This document shows, piece after piece, positions 1 through 8,191 of a DNA stretch of 43,479 nt (position 1 is its first letter; each line of letters opens with the position of its first letter). The stretch lies in NCBI GenBank assembly GCA_964541075.1, contig CAZIPZ010000003.1, positions 1 to 43,479 on the forward strand, written 5' to 3'. The notes beneath the pieces were generated by a model that was not told where the DNA came from, did not search any database, and saw nothing but the letters and a program-made list of their open reading frames with translations. The stretch is from an uncultured Solibacteraceae bacterium (GTDB lineage Bacteria > Acidobacteriota > Terriglobia > 20CM-2-55-15). Both the position numbers and the translations under genes were made by a program.

Positions 1-264
1 GGCTTAGATGGCTCGATAGTTTCTGTCGAAGAATCCGTGATTCGACGCCGTTCGCTTCCGATTGGCCGACTCTAAGAACCTGTCGCCGAGCGATTCTCCA
101 AAGTCAGAACTCTCGAAGAATCGCCAAAACTCAGGTTACGCCGCCAAAGTCTTGTTTCCGAGAAGGCGATTATTCGCCAACTTGAAGGGTTCCTTTCCAC
201 AAGCAAGTCTGGACAACGCCTGCGTTGATCGTGCAAAAATGTCCTGAAGCACTTTAGCATCGCA

Positions 265-999
265 ATGATGAATATCGATTGTTTGTCACTAATGAAGGTC
301 CCTCTAATGAGTGCATTGATCTTGTTTCTTTTCACAGGCTGTCAGAGCGCACAAACCTCCGAGCCAACCCGTCCGGCCGTTCCAGCTGATGCTCCCATCC
401 TGCTGCGGAGGTTGCTCGAGAAGGATGCAGTGGACTATCGTCTGCTCACACGTAATGATGTCGGCGAAGATTTTTTCCGGCAGCAATCTGTCAAGTTCCA
501 ACCGTGGTCTGTAGGGGACGTGAACAAAGACGGAGAACAAGACGTGGCGGCCGTACTCGTGAGAGGTTCCACTCCGCCTTTGTACAACGTTATAGTAATT
601 CACGGCGGTTCGACTGGTGGTGTCGCGTGGATTTGGCGCGACGTTACTATGAGGATCTTGAGTGTTGAGGCTGAACCTGGGGAAGTCTGGCCTTTGACTT
701 GTACAGAATGTGATGCGAACCGTCCATTGCGTTGGACTGGCAACGAGTACGATTGGGACGTGCTTCTGCCGGGCGAGTCAGTCTGTTTATCAGAGGGGGT
801 CGCGCTTCTTGACGAGCCGAACGACTCGGCGATTCGTGTTATTTCTCTACCAAATGCTTTGGAATTGAGAGTTGTTGAGATCGGCAAGCGCGACCCGGGC
901 AAGGACCGTTGGTTCAAAGTCATCACACCTGACGAGCGATTTCCCGTGGAGGGTTGGGTACGGACAGCGAAGAATTGGGAAGGTGGTGTCTGCGATTAG
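265..999 (+). CDS. hypothetical lipoprotein
   Basis: 244-aa ORF. The N-terminus MKVPLMSALILFLFTGCQSAQ resembles a type II signal peptide with a lipobox-like FTGC. The real start is probably the ATG at 292. No catalytic motifs recognised. Confidence 0.55.
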   Translation: MMNIDCLSLMKVPLMSALILFLFTGCQSAQTSEPTRPAVPADAPILLRRLLEKDAVDYRLLTRNDVGEDFFRQQSVKFQPWSVGDVNKDGEQDVAAVLVRGSTPPLYNVIVIHGGSTGGVAWIWRDVTMRILSVEAEPGEVWPLTCTECDANRPLRWTGNEYDWDVLLPGESVCLSEGVALLDEPNDSAIRVISLPNALELRVVEIGKRDPGKDRWFKVITPDERFPVEGWVRTAKNWEGGVCD

Positions 1000-1327
1000 C
1001 CGACCACTTCATCTTACGCGCTCAAGTCATCAGTTTCCGAGCAATTAAAAAAGAACTCAGCGCAGTGCCGAAAAGTCGTCGCAAACCGGACAATTGAGAA
1101 TCTGAACATCTGGCAGGAGAGCTGGGTCTGTGTTGACCTCTACGCTTGGACGGTAGCGGTCATTCGACTCTTGGATTGTCGATGTTCCCCGTTCTCACTG
1201 GCTTGCGAGTAGCGACATTTTTAGAGTCTTTCGATTTGGGAACATTAAGGAATGCGTATTCGTGAACCTGAAGGGATTCGAAAAGCACGAACACTAGGAA
1301 ATTATTGAAGCAACGCAGGTTACAAAA

Positions 1328-1401
1328 TGGGCGCGACCGGGATCGAACCGATGACCTCTACCGTGTCAAGGTAGCGCTCATTCCAACTGAGCTACGCGCC
1401 C
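1328..1401 (-). tRNA. tRNA-Val (anticodon GAC)
   Basis: The reverse complement reads GGGCGCGTAGCTCAGTTGGAATGAGCGCTACCTTGACACGGTAGAGGTCATCGGTTCGATCCCGGTCGCGCCCA. It folds by hand into a 74-nt cloverleaf: 7-bp acceptor stem, GCTC/GAGC D stem, CTACC/GGTAG anticodon stem with loop TTGACAC, and T loop TTCGATC. CCA is not encoded. Confidence 0.92.
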
Positions 1402-1420
1402 TGAGGTTCGAATAGAGTTG

Positions 1421-1450
1421 ATTGTACGGGGGGGCGGAAAAGCTTGTCAA
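1421..1450 (-). promoter_or_regulatory. sigma-70-type promoter for tRNA-Val (TTGACA-N18-TACAAT)
   Basis: On the minus strand, TTGACA is the reverse complement of 1445-1450 and TACAAT is the reverse complement of 1421-1426, with an 18-nt spacer. The -10 box ends 19 nt upstream of the mature tRNA 5' end. Confidence 0.55.
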
Positions 1451-1484
1451 TGGCGGTGCTCCGGTTGTGGCGGTGCTCCGGTTG
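1451..1484. repeat. perfect 17-bp tandem duplication (TGGCGGTGCTCCGGTTG x2)
   Basis: Read directly: 1451-1467 and 1468-1484 are identical. It lies between the polA stop (1496) and the -35 box of the tRNA-Val promoter. Confidence 0.9.
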
Positions 1485-1495
1485 GGATTTGGCGT

Positions 1496-3988
1496 TCAGC
1501 CCAACTCCTTCCAGTTGCGGCCTTGTTTCACATCCACGATTAATGGAATGCTGAGTTGAACGACATTTTCCATGAGGTCGCGGACGAAGTCGCGGATCCA
1601 TAGTTCATCTTCCGGAACTTCGAAAATCAGCTCGTCGTGGACTTGAAGGAGTATCCGGCTGCGCAGTCTTTGCCGCCGAAATTCTTCAGCGATTCGGATC
1701 ATTGCCAATTTGATAATATCCGCGGCGGTTCCTTGAATCGGGGAGTTAATGGCGGTGCGTTCGGCCATGCTGCGTCGTACGCCGTTGCGCGAATTGATTT
1801 CGGGATGCTGCCTGATGCGTCCAAATAGTGTTTTTGTAACGCCTGTATCGCGGGCGACGCTGAGACAATTTTCGATGTATTGCTGCACGCCCTGATAACG
1901 CTTAAAGTACCGCTCGATGAAATCGGCCGCTTCATCCGTTCCGATGCCGAGCTGTTGAGCTAAACCAAATGGAGTCTGCCCGTAGACGATCCCGAAGTTC
2001 ACGGCTTTGGCGCGCTCGCGTTGCTCGGGAGTCACGCTCTCTATTGGCACACCAAGCACTTCCGCTGCCGTCCGGCTGTGAATGTCTTCACCTGCAGCGA
2101 AAGCCTCCGCAAGCCCTGGATCCGCCGACAAATGCGCCACGATCCGTAGTTCAACCTGCGAATAATCCGCTGATATGAACCACCAGCCTTCCTCCGGGAC
2201 AAAAGCACCTCGAATTTTTCGCCCGAGTTCCGTCCGCACTGGAATGTTCTGAAGGTTGGGATTACTGCTCGAGAGGCGTCCAGTGGAAGCGGCGGCCTGA
2301 TGAAACGATGTGTGCAATCGACCACTCGCGGGATCGATAAGCTTTGGAATCACGTCGACGTATGTCGATTTGAACTTGGCAATCTGACGATAGTCCAGAA
2401 CAAGTCTCGGTAGCTCATAATCCTTGGCGAGCTCTTCGAGAATCTCCACCGCTGTCGAGTACTGCCCGGACTTACGAAGTTTCCGCGGTCGAGGTAGTCC
2501 CAGCTTGTCGAACAGAATCTCTCCCAATTGACGCGGGGAATTAATGTTGAACTCGCAATCGGCAATCTCACATATACGTCGTGTGAGCTCGTTGAGCTGA
2601 ACTGTCATTTCCTGCGACATCAGTTCAAGCACTCCGACATCGATGCGAATGCCCGCTAGTTCCATCCAGACGAGAACCTCGGCGAGCGGAAGTTCCAGTT
2701 CGTGGTATGGCTTCGAGACCTCCTGCTCCACTCTGTCCTTCAGTTCACGATAAAGACGGTCAATCCAGGGAGTGAGTTCCTCCTCCTCGGTGATGGTTTG
2801 TCCGGTCAACTCGAACACAACTCCGGCAATGTCGTATCTTCCTCGATTCGGAAACAACAAGTACGCCATCAGAACCGGGTCATCGTAAGGCGGCATGATC
2901 TCCATTCCATGACGACGAAGCTGCAGCAGGGCTTGCTTCAGGTCGTATGTCACCTTGTGAACGTTCGGATCGGATAAGACTCCTGCAACGCGCTTGTCAA
3001 AAGGCACATTGAAAACAGGGCCTTGCCCGGGCCACAGCGAAATGCGATCTCCGGTGACGTCGAAGATGACGCGTGGGCCAAGGTCCGGGAAACCGTCCGC
3101 ACGTATCACCTCGATCGGCGGACCGGCTTCAGGCGGCAGATACTCTTTGATCATTCCTGTAAATTCCATTTCTCGCAGCAGCGGCGTCAACTCGGAACGA
3201 TTCGGAGGCTGTACCTTGAAGTCGATGAAATTCACCGAAATCGGCAGGGTCGTCTCAATCGTCGCCAACTGTTTGCTCATCAGAATTTGTTGTTTATTCT
3301 CCTGAAGGGACGTTCGCTGTCTTGCGTTCTGTACTTCTTCCGTTCGTTCCATCAACGACTCGATTGAGCCAAACTTCTGAATGAGGTCACGTGCTCCCTT
3401 CTCGCCGATGCCTGGTGCGCCCGGAAGATTGTCAGAAGAGTCGCCCCAAAGTCCGAGTAAGTCTGGGATTTGGGATGGCATTACGCCAAAGAGTTCGACG
3501 ACCTTATTTGTATCCACGATCAAGTCGTCTTTCGACGTGTTCAGGACCAGGATTGTGTTCACCAACTGATACAGATCCTTATCCAGCGTTACAACTACTG
3601 GAAACAGACCTTCGTTCACTGCGCGAACGGCGATCGTCCCGATAATGTCATCGGCTTCGAATCCGGGAAGCCCAAGAACGGGAATGCGCATCGCGTCACA
3701 AAACCTCCGAATGTAGGGAATCTGTTCAGCAAGGTCCGCCGGCATTTTCTTTCGGCCGACTTTGTACAAGTTGTATTGGGCATGACGCGCGGTAGGTTCG
3801 GGGCTATCCAGAGCGACGCAGATGTAATCCGGTGGATGCTTCTCCAGCACCCGCTTCAGCATGATGGCGAAACCATAAACTGCATTGGTCGGCAACCCTC
3901 TGCTGTTGGATAGACCTTTAATCGCGAAATAGGCCCGATAGGCCTGCGACATTCCGTCGATGATTAGAAAAAGAGGGTGTCTGAGCAC
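1496..3988 (-). CDS. polA: DNA polymerase I
   Basis: 830 aa. N-terminal 5'-nuclease region (LIIDGMSQAYRAYFA, GIGEKGA) and family A polymerase motifs (ADYSQVELRIVAHLS, AKAVNFGIVYG, QVHDELIFE). Confidence 0.95.
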   Translation of the reverse strand: MLRHPLFLIIDGMSQAYRAYFAIKGLSNSRGLPTNAVYGFAIMLKRVLEKHPPDYICVALDSPEPTARHAQYNLYKVGRKKMPADLAEQIPYIRRFCDAMRIPVLGLPGFEADDIIGTIAVRAVNEGLFPVVVTLDKDLYQLVNTILVLNTSKDDLIVDTNKVVELFGVMPSQIPDLLGLWGDSSDNLPGAPGIGEKGARDLIQKFGSIESLMERTEEVQNARQRTSLQENKQQILMSKQLATIETTLPISVNFIDFKVQPPNRSELTPLLREMEFTGMIKEYLPPEAGPPIEVIRADGFPDLGPRVIFDVTGDRISLWPGQGPVFNVPFDKRVAGVLSDPNVHKVTYDLKQALLQLRRHGMEIMPPYDDPVLMAYLLFPNRGRYDIAGVVFELTGQTITEEEELTPWIDRLYRELKDRVEQEVSKPYHELELPLAEVLVWMELAGIRIDVGVLELMSQEMTVQLNELTRRICEIADCEFNINSPRQLGEILFDKLGLPRPRKLRKSGQYSTAVEILEELAKDYELPRLVLDYRQIAKFKSTYVDVIPKLIDPASGRLHTSFHQAAASTGRLSSSNPNLQNIPVRTELGRKIRGAFVPEEGWWFISADYSQVELRIVAHLSADPGLAEAFAAGEDIHSRTAAEVLGVPIESVTPEQRERAKAVNFGIVYGQTPFGLAQQLGIGTDEAADFIERYFKRYQGVQQYIENCLSVARDTGVTKTLFGRIRQHPEINSRNGVRRSMAERTAINSPIQGTAADIIKLAMIRIAEEFRRQRLRSRILLQVHDELIFEVPEDELWIRDFVRDLMENVVQLSIPLIVDVKQGRNWKELG

Positions 3989-4102
3989 GATTCACCACAA
4001 GCTGTGCACAAATGTACACGGTTTCGAGACGCGTCGGGTTCGCAAGTTGTTCTGTGGTCACGAGACATCTTTCGGTCCGTCAATTGCATACTGCGAAATA
4101 GC

Positions 4103-4984
4103 ATGGAGATGACTTACCAGCAGACCGTCGCGTCATCCTTCGAGTTCAAGGGCATCGGTCTCCACACTGGCGAGCTCACCACATTACGTATTCTTCCGGC
4201 GCCTGCCGGTAGTGGACTGATCTTCCGCCGCGTCGATCTCGACAATTTCGAGCTTCCCGCCGATGTGCGTTCAGTGGCCCGTGTTGCGTACGCGACGACG
4301 CTGATGAACCGGGGCGTCTGGATCTCTACTGTTGAACACTTGTTGTCTGCTCTATATGGTTTGGGCATTGACAATGCTTGCATCGAACTAGACAACTTCG
4401 AAGTGCCGATTCTCGACGGTAGCGCTCTGCCTTATATCGAAGCTATTTCGAGCGTAGGCGTGGCGAGGCAGAATCGGCGACGGAAGTATATTCGGATCAC
4501 AAAAGAATTCGCGCTTCATGATGGCGACAAGACCCTCAGCATTCAGCCATCGGAAGTCTTCAGCATCAAATGCGAAATCAACTTTCCTCATCCGCTGATT
4601 GGATGCCAGGTTATCGACGTTGAACTCACTCCGGAGAACTACGCGAAACGCATTGCTCCTGCTCGCACGTTTGGATTTCATCATGAAGTGGAAAAGTTGC
4701 AAGCAACCGGGCTGATTCGCGGCGGTTCGTTGGATAACGCCATCGTACTGACCTCCAACGGCATGCTGAATGATGGCGGTCTTCGCTTCCACGATGAATT
4801 CGTTCGGCACAAGACGCTCGATCTTCTCGGCGATTTCGCGTTGATCGGATTACCGGTTCTCGGCCGGCTTGTGGCTAACCGGGCCGGACATGCTTTGCAC
4901 ACGAGGTTTGTGTCGGAGCTCCTCCAAAAGCAGGATCACTGGACCACCGAAAACGTTCCCCTGCCTGTCACCTCGGCCGGATAA
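4103..4984 (+). CDS. lpxC: UDP-3-O-acyl-N-acetylglucosamine deacetylase
   Basis: Typical LpxC N-terminus from the ATG at 4103 (MEMTYQQTV..FEFKGIGLHTGE..) and the HHEVEK / RFHDEFVRHKTLDLLGD region. The 3977-4102 part of the ORF is treated as non-coding leader. Confidence 0.92.
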   Translation: MEMTYQQTVASSFEFKGIGLHTGELTTLRILPAPAGSGLIFRRVDLDNFELPADVRSVARVAYATTLMNRGVWISTVEHLLSALYGLGIDNACIELDNFEVPILDGSALPYIEAISSVGVARQNRRRKYIRITKEFALHDGDKTLSIQPSEVFSIKCEINFPHPLIGCQVIDVELTPENYAKRIAPARTFGFHHEVEKLQATGLIRGGSLDNAIVLTSNGMLNDGGLRFHDEFVRHKTLDLLGDFALIGLPVLGRLVANRAGHALHTRFVSELLQKQDHWTTENVPLPVTSAG

Positions 4985-5667
4985 AAATCCTTCGGAACCC
5001 TCGCCACCGTCAGAACCTCCACTCGCCTGGCGCCGGACCGCTTCAGCGTCCTCGCAATTTCATTCATCGTCGAGCCTGTCGTATATACATCATCAACAAC
5101 AATAACAACGCCGCCAATTCGGCCTCGCACCTCAAATGCTCCGGCAAGATTGCGACATCGCTCGCTTCGGCTTAACCCGGTCTGGCTTGGAGTATTCTTA
5201 CGCCTGCGTAGGAGATTGGAAGCCATCGGAATTCCGAGCCCTGCAGCGAGCAGCTCCGCCTGATTGTATCCTCGCTGTCGCTCTCTTCGCGAGTGGAGTG
5301 GAACCGGAATCACGACGTTGCCGAGGAAGGGTTCCTTGTTCAGACACTTTTTGAGAACCTCGCCAAGAGGACCCGCTAGCGAAACTCGATCGGAGTATTT
5401 CAGGTGATGGATCACCTCTCGCAGAGGATCGTTGAAGAGAAGAGCTGAACGTCCGAAATCAAAGTGATTTTCGTTTCTTCGGCATGGGCCGCAGAATCCT
5501 TCGATTGCCGCTGCGGGTTCACCGCAACGGAAGCAGTACGGCTCCGGGAGAGGCTGAAGCCTGGACCAGCAGTCCGGACAAACGGCGCTCCAGCGGCGTT
5601 CCCGCACGCGCCCGCGGCAAAGAATACACGACAGTGGAAGCAGGAGGTTGAGAATGGCGTCGATCAA
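4936..5667 (-). CDS. ComF-family protein (zinc-ribbon plus phosphoribosyltransferase fold)
   Basis: N-terminal Cys pairs (CILC..CPDC, CFRC..CGPC) and a C-terminal PRTase signature (VVIVVDDVYTTGST). Confidence 0.8.
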   Translation of the reverse strand: MIDAILNLLLPLSCILCRGRVRERRWSAVCPDCWSRLQPLPEPYCFRCGEPAAAIEGFCGPCRRNENHFDFGRSALLFNDPLREVIHHLKYSDRVSLAGPLGEVLKKCLNKEPFLGNVVIPVPLHSRRERQRGYNQAELLAAGLGIPMASNLLRRRKNTPSQTGLSRSERCRNLAGAFEVRGRIGGVVIVVDDVYTTGSTMNEIARTLKRSGARRVEVLTVARVPKDFYPAEVTGRGTFSVVQ

Positions 5668-5718
5668 ACGCTTGATGAAATTCGGCGGGCAAAGAGCGAA
5701 ACCAGTATAGCTCGTTTT

Positions 5719-6174
5719 CTATTTCGAGTAAGGGAGATTATGGAGAACCGAAAGCGCTCGATAGATTTGCTCCATCAAAATCAAACGCGCCAATTCGTGC
5801 GTGAATGTCAGGGGAGACAAGGACCAAAGCATATCGCTTCGCGACCGGACGCTATCTGCTATTCCGGAATAATTTCCAATAACAAACGTCAACCGCCGCT
5901 GGTCTTCGTTCATGTGCTTTTTGAAAAACGTTGCAACCTGTTGTGAACTCCAGGCAACGCCTTCTGGATCTAGTGCGATGACTCGATCCGATGACTCAAC
6001 TGCTGCCAGGATCTTACTGCCTTCATCCTCGATCTGGCGTGGACTGTCTTTAGCCTCCTTTACTTCTACAATTTCGAGAGGCAGGAAGCGAGCAATGCGG
6101 GTCTTATAGTCGGCGCAGAGCGTCGAGAGCTCATGGTTCCTGGTTTTTCCCACCCAGATGATGCGAAGTTTCAT
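5719..6174 (-). CDS. rlmH: 23S rRNA (pseudouridine1915-N3)-methyltransferase
   Basis: 151-aa SPOUT protein with a typical RlmH start (MKLRIIWVGKTR) and C-terminus (HELARLILMEQIYRA). It sits in the conserved rsfS-rlmH neighbourhood. Confidence 0.88.
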   Translation of the reverse strand: MKLRIIWVGKTRNHELSTLCADYKTRIARFLPLEIVEVKEAKDSPRQIEDEGSKILAAVESSDRVIALDPEGVAWSSQQVATFFKKHMNEDQRRLTFVIGNYSGIADSVRSRSDMLWSLSPLTFTHELARLILMEQIYRALSVLHNLPYSK

Positions 6175-7109
6175 TCAAGCCCATATTTCTTCCGCTTTTC
6201 AAGCAACGTCTTCCGGCTGATCCCCAGTATTTGCGCGGCTTTCACTTTGCGCCCATGCATCTGCTTCAAGACTTCTGCGATGTAGTTCTTTTCGATGTCT
6301 TCCAGAGAAGGCATTTTCAGATGTGATGTGGCTGACGCCTTCCACGAGGGTGGGAACGACTCCGGGGTCAGTATACCGCCTGAGGACATCAGCGTCGCTC
6401 GCTCGAGCGCGTTACGCAGTTCACGAATATTGCCGGGGAAGTCATATTGATTGAACAGTGCTCTGCAGTCCGCGTGTAGCTCCGAATGGCATCGGTACTT
6501 GTGATTGAGCTGTTCGAGAAGATGTTGAGCCATCGGAAAAATCTCTGCCCGGCGTTGACGCAGCGGAGGAATCCGCACTGTGATCAAGTTCAGTCGAAAG
6601 AATAGGTCTTGCCTAAAAACCTGCCGTTCTACCGCTTTAGCGAGCGGAACGCTTGAAAGGGCCACAATTCGTGCGTCCAGTTGGATCGATTTGGAGCCCC
6701 CCAGTCGATAGAACTGTTTGGCTTCAACAACGTTTAGAAGTTTGGCCTGCATTGTCAATTCAACGCTTGCGATCTCGTCTAGCACAACCGTGCCGCCCTG
6801 GGCGAGATCCAGTTTGCCGATCTTCGAATTCACGGCGCCTGTGAAGGCGCCGCGCTCATAGCCGAAAAGCTCGGACTCAACGAGATCTTCAGGAAGGGAA
6901 GCAAAGTCGATTTTGATCAAGGGTTCGTTCTTGTGCGGACCTGTGAAATGCAGCCACTGTGCGGCGGCGTCCTTACCCGACCCGCTCTCTCCTTCAATGA
7001 GAACCGTTGTCGGGTTATCGCGAACTTTTTCAAGCGTGCGATAGACAACCATCATGGGCGAATCGACAGTGAAGACGAGCGGGTAGGGCTGATCGTGGCC
7101 GCGGGTCAT
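6171..7109 (-). CDS. sigma-54-dependent transcriptional activator (AAA+ plus Fis-type HTH only, no sensory domain)
   Basis: Walker A GESGSGKD, an intact GAFTGA loop (ERGAFTGA), Walker B VVLDEI, the FPGNIRELRN sensor region, and a C-terminal HTH (AAQILGISRKTLLEKRKKYGL). The AAA+ domain starts about 20 aa from the N-terminus. Confidence 0.85.
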   Translation of the reverse strand: MTRGHDQPYPLVFTVDSPMMVVYRTLEKVRDNPTTVLIEGESGSGKDAAAQWLHFTGPHKNEPLIKIDFASLPEDLVESELFGYERGAFTGAVNSKIGKLDLAQGGTVVLDEIASVELTMQAKLLNVVEAKQFYRLGGSKSIQLDARIVALSSVPLAKAVERQVFRQDLFFRLNLITVRIPPLRQRRAEIFPMAQHLLEQLNHKYRCHSELHADCRALFNQYDFPGNIRELRNALERATLMSSGGILTPESFPPSWKASATSHLKMPSLEDIEKNYIAEVLKQMHGRKVKAAQILGISRKTLLEKRKKYGLE

Positions 7110-7126
7110 CGATTGAGAGTTCCCTC

Positions 7127-7495
7127 TTAAAGCGTTCGTTGTCCGACTAACTCATTCGCATCGCGTCGTTTGCCGGCTCGCCAGAGACGCTCCAAATCAT
7201 AAAATTCGCGAGACTTCGCTGAAAAAATGTGAACAACAAAGTCGACGTAGTCGAGGAGGATCCATTCTCCTTCGCTATGTCCTTCTATATGTAGAGGCCG
7301 GACTCCATGCTTCTTCAGCTTTTCTTCAATGGAGTCCGCAATGGTTTGATTATGGCGTGTCGATGCTCCAGTGCAGATAACGAAGTTATCAGTGAAAGAG
7401 CAAATACCCTGCAGGTCCAGCACGATCAGATCCTGAGCCTTTTTGTCTAAGGCCGCTTCGATCGCTTCACTAAGTTGATTTTCCTTATCCATCAA
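7127..7495 (-). CDS. rsfS: ribosome silencing factor
   Basis: 122-aa Iojap/RsfS-like protein (DLIVLDL..CSFTDNFVICTG.S.RH, WILLDYVDFVVHIF, YDLERLW). Confidence 0.9.
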   Translation of the reverse strand: MMDKENQLSEAIEAALDKKAQDLIVLDLQGICSFTDNFVICTGASTRHNQTIADSIEEKLKKHGVRPLHIEGHSEGEWILLDYVDFVVHIFSAKSREFYDLERLWRAGKRRDANELVGQRTL

Positions 7496-7513
7496 TTGTT
7501 GTTACTCATCTCC

Positions 7514-8131
7514 TTACGAATAGAGCTTGTTCTTTTCAATGTAATCCCAAACCACCGGCGACAACCACTGTTGCACTTCTTCGCCTTGCTTACGATCGTC
7601 TCGTATGGCTGTCGATGAGATCGGCTGCTGGACGAAGGGCAGATAAAACACAGCGGTTTTTTGCGGCAACGTGACCGGTCTTTTCTCCGTGAGAATCTGG
7701 TAAGGAGCGACATCTTCCCGGAATGGAAATCCAGGACGATTCACGATGACCAGATGGGCGAGATCGAATAAGCGCTGATAACGCTTCCACGTATGAATTT
7801 CCTGATACATGTCTGTTCCAACGATGAACAAGAGGTCTGCATCAGGATTCAATCGGCGCATGGATTCCAGAGTTTCCACTGTGTATCGCTTTTCAAGCGC
7901 ATCCACTTCTATTGTAGACGTTCGAAAGCTTTTAAACGGTTGCGTTGCGAGTGCGACCATCGCAAATCTATGGAATGGGGACGTAATCTCACGAGAATCC
8001 TTATGTGGAGGCGAAAAGGCAGGAACGAAGTGAACTTCATCAACTTGAAAGGTTTCAGCGACCGTTTCCGCAGCAGCGAGATGTCCGTTATGGATGGGGT
8101 CGAAAGTTCCACCCAATATGGCGATCCTCAC
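7514..8131 (-). CDS. nadD: nicotinate-nucleotide adenylyltransferase
   Basis: MRIAILGGTFDPIHNGHL (the HxGH nucleotidyltransferase motif) and the C-terminal ISSTAIR motif. Confidence 0.92.
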   Translation of the reverse strand: MRIAILGGTFDPIHNGHLAAAETVAETFQVDEVHFVPAFSPPHKDSREITSPFHRFAMVALATQPFKSFRTSTIEVDALEKRYTVETLESMRRLNPDADLLFIVGTDMYQEIHTWKRYQRLFDLAHLVIVNRPGFPFREDVAPYQILTEKRPVTLPQKTAVFYLPFVQQPISSTAIRDDRKQGEEVQQWLSPVVWDYIEKNKLYS

Positions 8132-8191
8132 GAACGTGATTCTAACTAACTCGAAATATTCTGTCTATAGTGCGGCGACAGCGCGCCGCTT

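Noticed and set aside
62-335. Short ORFs (61 aa plus strand, 87 aa minus strand) at the left edge
   Set aside because: They overlap each other, have no RBS and have non-protein-like composition. The region is most likely the promoter/leader of the lipoprotein gene. I could not identify a partial gene running off the left end.
1000-1327. 328-nt gap with no ORF between the lipoprotein gene and tRNA-Val, considered as a possible sRNA or riboswitch
   Set aside because: I could not find a conserved-looking structure, promoter/terminator pair or known riboswitch core by eye. Without comparative data this is only an unusually long spacer.
3977-4102. 42-codon extension at the 5' end of the lpxC ORF
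   Set aside because: It would overlap the polA start codon region. LpxC homology begins at MEMTYQQ.. (4103).
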